Notes under the pieces: generated by a model
The model's input: only the letters and a program-made list of their open reading frames with translations
Databases searched by the model: none
What the model was told of the DNA's origin: nothing
Part shown: in pieces, positions 28,066 to 36,901 of the stretch
How positions within the stretch are numbered: position 1 is the stretch's first letter
Layout of the letters: every line of letters starts with the position of its first letter
Position numbers and translations under genes: made by a program
Source: a virus
Strand: one strand, 5' to 3'
DNA: 49,512 nt
UHGV virus genome: UHGV-1368206

Positions 28066-28938
28066 TTATTTGTCTATGACACCCTCAACCTTTGCTTTTG
28101 CAAGGTAGGCAAGGTTTTTATTTCCATCCTTCATTACACTTTGCATTTTCGGAGTAACTTTGATGAATCCTCCGAGAACAGAGGCCACCGCTCCAACGCT
28201 TAACATCGCTAAGGGATGCTCACTATTCATGGCAGCCACACCTGCTGTTGCAGCGGCCATCACCTGACTCAGGTCGAACTCAAAGGAGGAGGAAATATTA
28301 AATTTAATTGGACTTCTCCAACCTTGTGAATTTAATGCATCCAAATCAGCTATAGATCTTTTGAATCCGTCAAATGCTTTCGCTTTAGATAACTCAAAAT
28401 CTCCAGAATTAATAACTTCAAAATAAAGCTCGTCTATATACGAATGAAGTGCTATTAATTCATCCGTTCTCCTTTCCTTGAACTCCAGAATCTCATTAAG
28501 GCTGACATCAGGGCCTGGCACAGGAAGAAGGTTGCATAAATCAAATCTCAAGGTTTGCTTTACAACGGTATCACTGTCAGAAAAATTAAGCTCATCATTG
28601 AGAGAATGTATTCGCCAGTCAGTATCTTTATGCTTCGTCCTCATCAAGTCCAGGGTTCTGGTCTGAGATAAGGCATCAAATTCAGCATACATTGAACTTG
28701 CCATACTCCTGACCGAGAATTTAGGAACCTCAAGCTTACCAAGGCGCATTAACTCCTCTTCGCAAGGCAACCAATGATGAATCATATTATTTGTGGGGGA
28801 GACCAGTCTGTCCCAGTATAATAAAAAATAATTTATATCTAATCTGTTTATTGACTTACCAGTTCGAAATCCATGGCCACCAGCAACCTTAATCAATTCA
28901 TTTCTAGTAAAAACCACACCTCTTTCCATAAATCCCAC
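28066..28938 (-). CDS. 290-aa protein of unknown function with a C-terminal hydrophobic segment (AT-rich moron)
   Basis: GC content is visibly lower than in flanking genes. A hydrophobic stretch AAATAGVAAMNSEHPLAMLSVGAVASVLGGFI lies near the C-terminus. No motif recognised. Confidence 0.55.
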   Translation of the reverse strand: MGFMERGVVFTRNELIKVAGGHGFRTGKSINRLDINYFLLYWDRLVSPTNNMIHHWLPCEEELMRLGKLEVPKFSVRSMASSMYAEFDALSQTRTLDLMRTKHKDTDWRIHSLNDELNFSDSDTVVKQTLRFDLCNLLPVPGPDVSLNEILEFKERRTDELIALHSYIDELYFEVINSGDFELSKAKAFDGFKRSIADLDALNSQGWRSPIKFNISSSFEFDLSQVMAAATAGVAAMNSEHPLAMLSVGAVASVLGGFIKVTPKMQSVMKDGNKNLAYLAKAKVEGVIDK

Positions 28939-29020
28939 TCCTGAATGATAACAGGTTATAATGTTAGCATTATCTAAGGTAATGAGTTGTGATTAATTTC
29001 TGCAATTTGGTTCGTAACTT

Positions 29021-29248
29021 CTAAGCTTTTCTGCTGGTTTCTTTCTGACAGTTCGCCAGCACCGATTTGTTGTGCGCCAGTATGTCGCGCTTGGTATGCT
29101 TATCCAGCACATCGATATCGTGCTCAGTCAGGTAGATAATTCGTACCCAGTTGCAGGCCGTATCAACCACCATCGGGGCGGGTAAACTTTTCGCGCAGCT
29201 CCCGATCAACATCGTCATCAGGCATATGGCTAACAGTCTGCTGTACAT
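29021..29248 (-). CDS. o-spanin (Rz1/LysC-like outer-membrane lipoprotein)
   Basis: From the internal ATG at 29248: MYSRLLAICLMTMLIGSC has a lipobox (LIGS|C). The gene starts inside the i-spanin gene in another frame (overlapped spanin architecture). Confidence 0.5.
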   Translation of the reverse strand: MYSRLLAICLMTMLIGSCAKSLPAPMVVDTACNWVRIIYLTEHDIDVLDKHTKRDILAHNKSVLANCQKETSRKA

Positions 29249-29438
29249 TGCTGGCCTCTCTGGTGGCTTCCTCTTTCCGTTCAGCTGCAGCGACGCTTGC
29301 AGCGGCTTTCTCTTCAGTGCGCGTTTGTGCTGATTTGGCTTCTGCCTTACTGGTACCGCGAGCATGGCCAATACCGAATGCGCCAGCGATAGCACCCAGG
29401 ATGAGGACCACCAGCCCAGCAATAATTTCAAAACTCAT
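29163..29438 (-). CDS. i-spanin (Rz/LysB-like)
   Basis: An N-terminal TM helix (IIAGLVVLILGAIAGAFGI) followed by a charged coiled-coil region, in the lysis cassette. Confidence 0.55.
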   Translation of the reverse strand: MSFEIIAGLVVLILGAIAGAFGIGHARGTSKAEAKSAQTRTEEKAAASVAAAERKEEATREASNVQQTVSHMPDDDVDRELREKFTRPDGG

Positions 29439-29782
29439 TGCTGCGGCTCCTTCTGTTCGTCGGCCTTATCTTTCAATGCCGGCTGGCGTACGTATTGTGA
29501 GAGCACCGCCAGCACTACCAGCGCAGGGCTAATTAGTGCAACGATATTTGGCGGAAGGATGTTTTTGATATCCGGCGGCAGCATTGCCCATGCATGAAGT
29601 GCTGCATCCGGGAACGACTGCGCCCATACACCGACCAGCGCGCCAGCAGCTCCCAGACGAACAGACCAAGTTCTAAGTAACAGGCGAGCATGTCCCACAA
29701 ACTCAAGCCGGGTATACTTTCTTAACAGCAACAACGTTAAAACAGCCACCAGCGCAAGCAGGAAGAAGATAATTAGCTTCAT
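29435..29782 (-). CDS. LysA-like multi-pass membrane lysis protein
   Basis: From MKLIIFFLLALVAVLTLLLL, with about three TM segments. Sits between the endolysin and spanins as in P2 (Y-K-lysA-lysB-lysC). Confidence 0.45.
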   Translation of the reverse strand: MKLIIFFLLALVAVLTLLLLRKYTRLEFVGHARLLLRTWSVRLGAAGALVGVWAQSFPDAALHAWAMLPPDIKNILPPNIVALISPALVVLAVLSQYVRQPALKDKADEQKEPQQ

Positions 29783-30321
29783 AGGTTTACTCTCTCCTTC
29801 ACCCACCCGAATAGAAATTCTTCATTGGCTTCCCGCGCTTCCGCCAGTTCGAGATACCGTGCGCCCTGACTGCAGTTCAACCCTTTCAGTATCACCGTGA
29901 CCCCTGCGCTACCCCGTACGGCGAGGTAACTGCGCAGCGCGGCGATCGTGATGTTCCCAATGACGCCATCCGGTTTGAGGTCGGGATACAGCTTGCCGCG
30001 TTGGTTCAGTGCCGTCAGCCAACGCTGCAGGAACGTTGTGGAAACACGCGGCCCCATGTTGACGCCGGTATCGCATAACTCTTCTGCGATTGATGGTGAC
30101 AGTTCGGCGATCTTGTCAAATTTGGGTTCCAGCCAATACTGCTGAATATAGATTTCTTTCGCAGTTTCCCGAGGGAGCTCTTTCATATCGCCTTTGTAAC
30201 CGTATGCACGCGCTGTGTTCTGCGTGATACCCCAGCGAGTAGGACCACCTTTATCATTCGGGTTATTTACGTAACCCCCTTCTTTACCGAGAATGCCCTC
30301 GATAATCTGGTCTGCTGTCAT
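29779..30321 (-). CDS. endolysin, GH108 N-acetylmuramidase with PG-binding domain
   Basis: From the ATG at 30321: MTADQIIEGILGKEGGYVNNPNDKGGPTRWGIT… is the GH108 signature. The start is ATGA-coupled to the holin stop. Confidence 0.8.
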   Translation of the reverse strand: MTADQIIEGILGKEGGYVNNPNDKGGPTRWGITQNTARAYGYKGDMKELPRETAKEIYIQQYWLEPKFDKIAELSPSIAEELCDTGVNMGPRVSTTFLQRWLTALNQRGKLYPDLKPDGVIGNITIAALRSYLAVRGSAGVTVILKGLNCSQGARYLELAEAREANEEFLFGWVKERVNL

Positions 30322-30629
30322 TGTGCTTTCACTCCGGTAATGCGCTCCCAGAAATACGTGAGGGCTACAGAACCCATTGCGCCACTGATACCGGCCGTCG
30401 CGAGAATCATATAAATGCTCAGACCGCCTTCTATGCTGACCAATCCACCGATGACCCCGGTGAACCCTGAAACCACGATCTGCGCGAGAGCATTTATCCA
30501 GCTCCACTTCGCCTTGCCCTGCTTTACATCCATCAGGAAACGGACCAGGCCGCCCCAGCCAGCAATGATCAGCAGAGCCAGCCAGGTTATTCCGGCAATG
30601 CTCTCTTTATCTTGCATACGTTTTGCCAT
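30318..30629 (-). CDS. holin
   Basis: 103 aa with at least two TM helices, the first gene of the lysis cassette. Confidence 0.65.
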   Translation of the reverse strand: MAKRMQDKESIAGITWLALLIIAGWGGLVRFLMDVKQGKAKWSWINALAQIVVSGFTGVIGGLVSIEGGLSIYMILATAGISGAMGSVALTYFWERITGVKAQ

Positions 30630-30731
30630 AGGTTCACCTCCGGGTTAGCGGGGTGCTGTGTGTGCTTGAAAGGAACAGGCCCATCGGGCTGATTTAACAA
30701 CGAGCCGTATCGATGATGATTCCCGTGAGCC

Positions 30732-30762
30732 TGAAATAGAAAAAGCCAGCTTGCAGGCTGGC
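30732..30762 (-). terminator. intrinsic terminator, a candidate tR'-like late terminator upstream of the lysis genes
   Basis: The minus strand reads gccagcctgcaagctggc + tttttctatttc: a perfect 6-bp GC stem plus a U-run, about 110 nt upstream of the holin start. Confidence 0.5.
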
Positions 30763-30825
30763 AATGAGGGTAAGTAGTGACTCTAAGTTCTGATGTCGAC
30801 AAGCCGAAATGTGACACACATCGAC

Positions 30826-30880
30826 ATAATCAAAAATTGATTAAATACACCTTGCCATATAATCAAAGTTTGATTATATT
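30826..30880. promoter_or_regulatory. two related palindromic operators overlapping a plus-strand promoter (TTGCCA-17-TATATT)
   Basis: A perfect 23-bp palindrome atataatcaaagtttgattatat (30854..30876) and a related taatcaaaaattgatta (30828..30844) share the half-site TAATCAA/TTGATTA. The candidate -35 TTGCCA is at 30852 and the -10 TATATT at 30875, upstream of ORF 30927. Confidence 0.5.
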
Positions 30881-30926
30881 GAATTCAACGACAGGCAATC
30901 CCGCCACCGAAACGAAGGATTGAAAA

Positions 30927-31136
30927 ATGACCGCTATCAAAGCTACTTACATAAGCAAAGACCAGAACCTGACCGATGGCACCACCGTTTACTGGTTTGA
31001 TGTAAACGGAGAAACCTACGGGGTTGTGCATGGCGGCGAAAGCTATAACGCCAAGGTTGTTGATTGTGACGGGACTCCATCAGACCAATACACAATTGAC
31101 CAGTTCAACATTTCCGAAGAGATGATCGCAGAATAA
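30927..31136 (+). CDS. small acidic protein of unknown function (first gene of the reverse-oriented cassette)
   Basis: 69 aa with the RBS aagga. Its stop overlaps the next ATG (TAATG). Confidence 0.45.
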   Translation: MTAIKATYISKDQNLTDGTTVYWFDVNGETYGVVHGGESYNAKVVDCDGTPSDQYTIDQFNISEEMIAE

Positions 31137-31327
31137 TGCCCCTAACAGACTACATAGGCACATACTTTGGCGGCAATAAATCAGCCTTTGCCCGCCATAT
31201 GGATGTCATACCTCAGCAGGTGACTAAGTGGGTTAACGACGGCTGGATTGTTGTCAACCATACGCTATATAGCCCACGAAGAACCGTCCCTGAGAATATA
31301 TCCGGCGGTGGCTCTGCTGGAGATTAA
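31136..31327 (+). CDS. YdaS/Cro-like HTH DNA-binding protein
   Basis: GGNKSAFARHMDVIPQQVTKWVN matches the YdaS-antitoxin/Cro-like HTH pattern (GG-x-x-ALA-x-x-LGVS-Q-VSQW). 63 aa. Confidence 0.55.
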   Translation: MPLTDYIGTYFGGNKSAFARHMDVIPQQVTKWVNDGWIVVNHTLYSPRRTVPENISGGGSAGD

Positions 31328-31515
31328 TCAAACTATCTGGTTCAGGGCTCTGCGCGGAAGGGTTTTGACGCGTCGTGCAGCACATCTCTACCCAAGAGCC
31401 CTGACCAGATTGCAGAAACGACAAAGCCCCGACGTTTCCGCCAGGGCCTTTTTGTTCATCATGCCGCCACTTAAAGTTAAGGCAGCATATCAAAGTAGAC
31501 TCAAATATGACGTAT

Positions 31516-32199
31516 TTAGTTGACTTTTGCAAGGCATTGCTGCGAAAAAGTCGCTTTTTGTTGTGAACGTGATCGAGAAACAGATAGTAACGACTGGTTA
31601 TCAAGTTCCTGGTAGATGTCCATCATAGCCTGCCAGTAATCTGAGTAATTGTGGCACCAGTTATCTGGCTTGATTCCCACCATAGAGGCCGGGGAATAGA
31701 GGTCTCCCCTGCCGGTTACTTCAGCCTTTTTATTTTGAGCTGCCAGCCAGATAAGCTGACGAAGGCGCTCGACCGTTTTCTTTGCAATGCGCACGCCGGA
31801 CAACTTCTCCCTGAATTTCTCCCACGCCCAGCGGGTGATCGTCTCCTGGTGCTCCCAGCGGATATTGTCGCTGTAATTCCAGAGTAGCCAGGCTTTCTGA
31901 TGCTCTTCCAGCGACAGGAGCGCCCGGCGCCAGCTTGCCGTCGAATACTCAACTGGCTGCACCAGGGCTATGGCTAAGCCTTTTGCACGTGACTGGCTGC
32001 CGGCCATCGGTGGGCTGTCAGGGTTTACCATTCGCTTCTTCTGTGGGTCGTAAACTTTCTTGCGCCCGCGGCTTCGCGGAGTAGCCTCAAACATCGCGTT
32101 TTCCGCAAAGGCTACCAGTTGCCCTTTCGTTGCCCCGCTCAGATCGGCGGTGGCCACTATTAGCTGCTGGCGAACATACTCAAGGTACTGGGTATTCAT
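31516..32199 (-). CDS. late-gene antiterminator Q-like protein (Phage_antitermQ family, QuuD-like)
   Basis: 227 aa, immediately downstream of rusA and a ylcG-like ORF, as in the DLP12 nin-Q region. Lies upstream of the lysis cassette. Confidence 0.55.
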   Translation of the reverse strand: MNTQYLEYVRQQLIVATADLSGATKGQLVAFAENAMFEATPRSRGRKKVYDPQKKRMVNPDSPPMAGSQSRAKGLAIALVQPVEYSTASWRRALLSLEEHQKAWLLWNYSDNIRWEHQETITRWAWEKFREKLSGVRIAKKTVERLRQLIWLAAQNKKAEVTGRGDLYSPASMVGIKPDNWCHNYSDYWQAMMDIYQELDNQSLLSVSRSRSQQKATFSQQCLAKVN

Positions 32200-32336
32200 G
32201 CTTTATCTCCTGAAGCCTGATAGATGCGGACGAAATTCTTCAAAATGCGGTAGTCAACAAGTACGGTGCCGCGGTGCCGGCAAAGGCGCAGCTTGTACCA
32301 GCGGTCGCGGATGCGCTCTATAACGTCACGGCTCAT
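32196..32336 (-). CDS. YlcG-like small protein (46 aa)
   Basis: ORF found by hand: [46 protein letters not shown]. It is ATGA-coupled to both the rusA stop and the Q start. Confidence 0.4.
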   Translation of the reverse strand: MSRDVIERIRDRWYKLRLCRHRGTVLVDYRILKNFVRIYQASGDKA

Positions 32337-32695
32337 TTGGCCTCCAGTTCGGTGATGGTTAATTCAAGCCGACCACCTTTAACCATCGGCATCCTCTTCA
32401 CGCTGTAGTAATCCACCTGCTGATCATCGAGCCAAAACCCGGATTTGGTCAGAGCGTCGAATGCTGCCTTTTGCAGGTTGTCCAGGTCCCGGCGACGCCG
32501 ATCAGGCATGTGGCACTCGATGCGGATTTTTACTGGTGTGGTCAGGCCAATATCCAGCATTGAGTCTTTGATGATTCTGGCGACGCTGTCGCGGTACGCC
32601 TGCCCTTCTGCGCTGATATGCGTGCGCCCGCGGTTATGCCGGTAGTAGCGGTTGTTACTCGGCGGCCATGGGAGACTGATGCGATATTCATTCAT
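32333..32695 (-). CDS. rusA: RusA Holliday-junction resolvase
   Basis: 120 aa with canonical RusA motifs (…[33 protein letters not shown]…). Confidence 0.85.
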   Translation of the reverse strand: MNEYRISLPWPPSNNRYYRHNRGRTHISAEGQAYRDSVARIIKDSMLDIGLTTPVKIRIECHMPDRRRRDLDNLQKAAFDALTKSGFWLDDQQVDYYSVKRMPMVKGGRLELTITELEAK

Positions 32696-32982
32696 GCTTT
32701 TACTAGCCCCTCTTTCAGCCAGATAACCTGCGTGCGAGCCATGCCTTCAAGAGCGCACTCCTTTGCATATTCCGCATCGACCAGGCGGGTGCGGCGATCA
32801 ATCTCGTCGTGGCAACTACTGCATGCGATGGTGGCGATCAGGTCAGGCGGCTTGATTCCGGTACCGCAGAGACCAGCAAGACGAATGTGAGCCAGTACTG
32901 AGGTTTCAGGATTTCCGTTGCATACGCCGGGGATCCGCACCTGACATTCGCGGCCGCGCGCCGCTTTGCATAAATTAGCCAT
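32692..32982 (-). CDS. ybcO: YbcO-like DUF1364 protein (Cys-rich, putative Zn-binding nuclease)
   Basis: 96 aa (…[20 protein letters not shown]…[12 protein letters not shown]…), in the DLP12-like position between ninE and rusA. Confidence 0.55.
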   Translation of the reverse strand: MANLCKAARGRECQVRIPGVCNGNPETSVLAHIRLAGLCGTGIKPPDLIATIACSSCHDEIDRRTRLVDAEYAKECALEGMARTQVIWLKEGLVKA

Positions 32983-33145
32983 GCGCTCTCCTCGCCGCGA
33001 GACGCAGCCATTTCTGATCCACCAGGCGGGCGGTGTAGCCCTTTAGTGTCGGGATATCGGAAGGCTTAACCTCTGGATTACGCTTGCGGCGTGCCGGAAC
33101 GCGGAAAATTTCATTGGTAATGACGCGGGAAAGTGGAGTAGACAT
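32975..33145 (-). CDS. ninE: NinE-like protein
   Basis: 56-aa ORF found by hand: …RRKRNPEVKPSDIPTLKGYTARLVDQKWLRLAARR, compared with lambda NinE …[37 protein letters not shown]. Overlap-coupled on both sides. Confidence 0.5.
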   Translation of the reverse strand: MSTPLSRVITNEIFRVPARRKRNPEVKPSDIPTLKGYTARLVDQKWLRLAARRAHG

Positions 33146-33600
33146 CAGGCCTCCTGCTTATCGCGCAGTTGCTGGTACTCGCAACCGTTCGGGATAGTCA
33201 GGGCCAGACCGAACTGAGCGCACCACATTTCAACCTTCAGCAGGAAGATATGCATTTCACCGGTATCGAGGTCGGCGGTATGGCGTGGCTCCCAGGTTGT
33301 TGTCTTCTCACCGGTTGTGAAGTCGGTGTAGGTGACCTCTTCGCATCCGAGGTAGGTCTTTTTAAGGTTGCGCTTTACCCATTCCGGAGTCGCATCGGTG
33401 CGTCCGGAGTTAATCAGAAATTCGCTGATTTCAGCCAGCCACATGTGAAGAAGTGAATTTTGAGAAAGGCTGCGCTTCTCGCGCCAGGGCTTAACCTGCA
33501 GGCGGAAGCACTGGCCGGCATCCAGCAGTGGCTGAATCTGCTGACCGATGGCCGCGAAGTTACCGCGATGGAGCTTTATGCCGTCTACTGGCAGAGTCAT
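33145..33600 (-). CDS. ninB: NinB (Orf-family recombination mediator)
   Basis: 151 aa: REKRSLSQNSLLHMWLAEISEF matches the NinB core (RNRSLDQNRKLWACLGDVS). Confidence 0.75.
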   Translation of the reverse strand: MTLPVDGIKLHRGNFAAIGQQIQPLLDAGQCFRLQVKPWREKRSLSQNSLLHMWLAEISEFLINSGRTDATPEWVKRNLKKTYLGCEEVTYTDFTTGEKTTTWEPRHTADLDTGEMHIFLLKVEMWCAQFGLALTIPNGCEYQQLRDKQEA

Positions 33601-33782
33601 ACGGCCTCCTTAACGGAAACCGCGGAATGCAGAAAATCCCAGGTGCATTTCTGCATCTGTGACTGGTTGAAAGGTGTTCTGATTGTCGTTTGCACTTTGA
33701 GTCCCCTCAAAGCGCAGAAGTCACCGGAGTTGTTCAGGCTCCGATGACATGATTATGGCTGGTTGATAACGGAAAATCAAAA

Positions 33783-34079
33783 CTACTTTTTGGCGTTCTG
33801 CTCGGCCATTTCGATGTAGCGAGGATCTGATGCGCGGGGTAGTTGGATGCTCTGCTCGCGGTAGTAGCGAACTCGCTCCATGAAATACTCCCGGAGGTGT
33901 TCAGGCTGCTCGCGCGCTACAACCTCGGCGACGACGGGCATGTTCATCCTCTCTTTGTAAGCGACGCCGGACGCGGCAAGATCTACGTTGACCTTGTCCT
34001 GCTCGTCTTTCGGTTTGGCTGCAATGTTCCACTGTGACATAAAAGAATCCCCTCTGGTGTGGAGGGGATTATATATCAC
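33783..34079 (-). CDS. hypothetical nin-region protein
   Basis: 98-aa ORF in a tightly packed early operon. Confidence 0.4.
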   Translation of the reverse strand: MIYNPLHTRGDSFMSQWNIAAKPKDEQDKVNVDLAASGVAYKERMNMPVVAEVVAREQPEHLREYFMERVRYYREQSIQLPRASDPRYIEMAEQNAKK

Positions 34080-34118
34080 GGAGGAGCTTACCGCGCGGCT
34101 TTGCGTTCTGCAGGGGAT

Positions 34119-34319
34119 TTAGGCATTGATAACCTTCCCGCAGCGCTTGCAGTAAATTCCGTGATAGGTTTCTGGTCTAGATGCTTCCATCATTTGCATA
34201 ATTGACGAAATATCTGCTTCTGCCGACTTGAGATTCATAGCCTGAGCGCCTTTTGTTATCGCCACCCGGAATGAATGACCAAAAATTTTGCCGAAAATAC
34301 CCTGGCATTTGTCCATCAC
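34119..34319 (-). CDS. small hypothetical protein with C-terminal CxxC
   Basis: 66 aa (…CKRCGKVINA), coupled to neighbouring genes. Confidence 0.4.
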   Translation of the reverse strand: MMDKCQGIFGKIFGHSFRVAITKGAQAMNLKSAEADISSIMQMMEASRPETYHGIYCKRCGKVINA

Positions 34320-34513
34320 TTCACCTCCCGATCAAGGTCAGGAAGCACTGCTTTAACGGCTTCGTGGACCTCTTTCATTGAACGATCAAACCAGTTTACC
34401 GGGTTTACATAACCGTCGAACTTTGCGCCTTTCGCATTAATTTTTGCTACCGTAATATCTCTGGCCGCGTTAATCATCGCCACGGCTACAACTTCAGGGA
34501 TTTTGTTACTCAC
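34316..34513 (-). CDS. small hypothetical protein
   Basis: 65 aa, ATGA-coupled. Confidence 0.4.
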   Translation of the reverse strand: MSNKIPEVVAVAMINAARDITVAKINAKGAKFDGYVNPVNWFDRSMKEVHEAVKAVLPDLDREVK

Positions 34514-35345
34514 CTTTCACCTCCTGCGTGGCGGCTGCGAGCATGGCTCGGAACACTGCATTTCCAGTCCATAGCTTATTAATCGCGGTAGTTTCGATTC
34601 TGATAGCACTGGCTCCAGCTGACTGCATTTCTGCGGTAGGCTCCTTCGGAACCATCACGTAACCATCCGGAATTACCGGAGAGTTGCCCGATACCGCTTC
34701 CTGCAATCGCTCAAGCTTGACGTATTCCTGAACCTTGTTGCCATCGCAGGTATTCAGCCATTGAACAGCCTTTTCCGCATCAGTGTGAAATGCACAGGTG
34801 CGCCCGTCGTCAAACTGCATTTCGTAGAGGTCGGCGACTTGTTTAAACTGCGTTTCCGGCAACTTGTTAGCCGTCGTTACAGGTTCAGCCTGGGGCATGG
34901 CGGCGCGACGTTCGATACCATCTAAAGCAATTCGAAGCGCCTGAATGACGGTAGAGCTATCGTTTGGTGCAATCCCGTAACGTTCGAATACGGCGATATG
35001 GTTGCGCATGAAGGTAGGCGTAAGCTCTTTGTAGGCATGAGCCAGCGGGCCAGAAACATCCTCCGGCACTACCGGCGCTGGCTGCGCGTGGCGATAGAGC
35101 TTAGTCCCAGGCGAAAACGACTGGATAAGACGACGATAAGCGAGCGCATCACCTCCATCATCACCAACAATAATCGCCGGCTCGCTGTCAGCCTTGCGGC
35201 GTTCCTGTAGCTCACGCAAGCCATCAGCGGCAGTCAGCAGGTCTTGAGCTCCACGTACATCTGTCCACTTGAGATTACTGGCGAAATGCTCCAGACGCTC
35301 GATTACTGAAGTAATACGTTCATCCGTTATGGTTGATTTGGTCAT
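34506..35345 (-). CDS. hypothetical early protein (279 aa)
   Basis: Long ORF with protein-like composition, coupled to its neighbours. Confidence 0.45.
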   Translation of the reverse strand: MTKSTITDERITSVIERLEHFASNLKWTDVRGAQDLLTAADGLRELQERRKADSEPAIIVGDDGGDALAYRRLIQSFSPGTKLYRHAQPAPVVPEDVSGPLAHAYKELTPTFMRNHIAVFERYGIAPNDSSTVIQALRIALDGIERRAAMPQAEPVTTANKLPETQFKQVADLYEMQFDDGRTCAFHTDAEKAVQWLNTCDGNKVQEYVKLERLQEAVSGNSPVIPDGYVMVPKEPTAEMQSAGASAIRIETTAINKLWTGNAVFRAMLAAATQEVKGE

Positions 35346-35638
35346 GGTTGGCTCCAGTTGTCTTCAATCGCCACGCCTAAACGGTGCAGCCAGTCGGCGA
35401 GTTTCAGCATCGACTCGCGGTCGCTAAGTCCACTCGGAAAGTCTTTCAGTTCGATAGTTGGCATAAAGCGACCAAAGCTATCGCGCTCTACGGTCAGGAA
35501 TTGCTCCAGAATAGTCTGCTGAATGCAGCTGTTATGCCGCACCAGGTAAACTGATTGTGAGTTTTTCTCCTGATAGTCGTACCGATAGCTGGTCAGTATC
35601 ATCTGGCTTCTGCTGCGGTCAGTTCCTCGCCACATCAC
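35342..35638 (-). CDS. hypothetical early protein
   Basis: 98 aa, coupled. Confidence 0.4.
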   Translation of the reverse strand: MMWRGTDRSRSQMILTSYRYDYQEKNSQSVYLVRHNSCIQQTILEQFLTVERDSFGRFMPTIELKDFPSGLSDRESMLKLADWLHRLGVAIEDNWSQP

Positions 35639-36060
35639 TCAGCCTCCACCTTGATGCCCTGCGCGATAATTTCTTCGCGCCACATCTCGATACATGCCGC
35701 CTGATACTCGACAGGGTTGAACTCTTCGCAGCGAGAATCCCAGAATCGCTCATGCCGATAGTCCGGCAACTTCACGGTGACGGCGCGGGACTCCAGCTCG
35801 GCTATGCGCTGGCGGTAATCAGCCACCATTCGACGCACTCCTTCAAGCGGCGTGACATCGCCTCCGTCTGGCGGGTCCATGTACTCAACGCCTGGAGGCA
35901 GGAGCTTGCAAAGTTCTTCGTCTACCTGTTGCGCCTTCTCCAGCGCCTCTACCAGCGCGAGGACGTGTACAGTATGCATCGCCATATTGAACTCTCCGTG
36001 TTCGTTGGCTTTCTCTGCTTCCGCTTTTAGGCTCTGCGCCAGTTCGGTGATATCAGTCAT
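35635..36060 (-). CDS. hypothetical early protein (possibly Ea22-like)
   Basis: 141 aa, acidic and helical. Confidence 0.4.
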   Translation of the reverse strand: MTDITELAQSLKAEAEKANEHGEFNMAMHTVHVLALVEALEKAQQVDEELCKLLPPGVEYMDPPDGGDVTPLEGVRRMVADYRQRIAELESRAVTVKLPDYRHERFWDSRCEEFNPVEYQAACIEMWREEIIAQGIKVEAE

Positions 36061-36329
36061 GCGGCACGCTCCTGTTTACTTGCTGAGAATGTCGGCTCCA
36101 TTTCGATCACAACTTCAAATAGGCCAACACTTTTACCATCGACGAACAGCTCGATATTCAATGGCCAGTGGTCCTCCCATCCGTCATGATTTTCCCAGTA
36201 GTCTTCAGCCGCATCCTGCACCATCTGCTCGTATTCCCAGTCGTCTGTCGATTCATCTACCTCTCGCGGGTCCAAATAATCGGCAGATTTAATCCCGGCT
36301 CCATTAACGGCATATTGAATGATGCTCAT
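36057..36329 (-). CDS. hypothetical acidic protein
   Basis: 90 aa, Asp/Glu/Trp-rich. Confidence 0.4.
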   Translation of the reverse strand: MSIIQYAVNGAGIKSADYLDPREVDESTDDWEYEQMVQDAAEDYWENHDGWEDHWPLNIELFVDGKSVGLFEVVIEMEPTFSASKQERAA

Positions 36330-36901
36330 TTGTCGGCCCCCTCGCGCAGCATGCTGCAGAACTCGTAGGCTGCATCAGGCAATGAGCGGTAATAAGCCTT
36401 GGCCTCAACGAATACAGAATTTTCTTCACCGCAGTAAGCCGCAAACTCTTCCACCCCATCAGCCTTAATCCCGTCTACGATGCGATCGGTAGCGGGAGTT
36501 TCTATTTCAGGCTTGGCATAAACAGGCCAACAATCAGTGCCATCAGAATTTTTGTGACCATCTGTGTCGTGAACATCAAGATATTCACCGCATGGGAGCG
36601 GATCATTCCAGGTTGGTGGAATAGCATGCCAAGACAGATATGCCTGAGGTTGTTCAAATGCAGCCTTCAGCGCCACATTCTCCGCCGCCAACTGCTTCAC
36701 CCAGTCCTGCAGGTCTACGCCAGCCGGGCAGCCTGAAAGCTCGCGGCATTTCTCGAACGTTAGCGCCTGAGCCACGCTCTCCGCTTCCTTGTCCGCATAC
36801 GCCTTCGCCAGGTCCAGATACTTACGCTCTTTGATAGACAGCTCGCCCGCCGACTCCAGCGACTGAATGAGCTCGTTTACTGCCTGTAGTGTGATAGTCA
36901 T
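36326..36901 (-). CDS. hypothetical early protein (191 aa)
   Basis: Its C-terminus …MLREGADK and the DNA junction are repeated at the next gene. Confidence 0.45.
   Translation of the reverse strand: MTITLQAVNELIQSLESAGELSIKERKYLDLAKAYADKEAESVAQALTFEKCRELSGCPAGVDLQDWVKQLAAENVALKAAFEQPQAYLSWHAIPPTWNDPLPCGEYLDVHDTDGHKNSDGTDCWPVYAKPEIETPATDRIVDGIKADGVEEFAAYCGEENSVFVEAKAYYRSLPDAAYEFCSMLREGADK

Noticed and set aside
31248-31604. Overlapping ORFs of 91 aa (+) and 116 aa (-) in the Q-proximal intergenic region
   Set aside because: They overlap each other and the long inverted repeat. This is more likely a regulatory or structured region than coding sequence.
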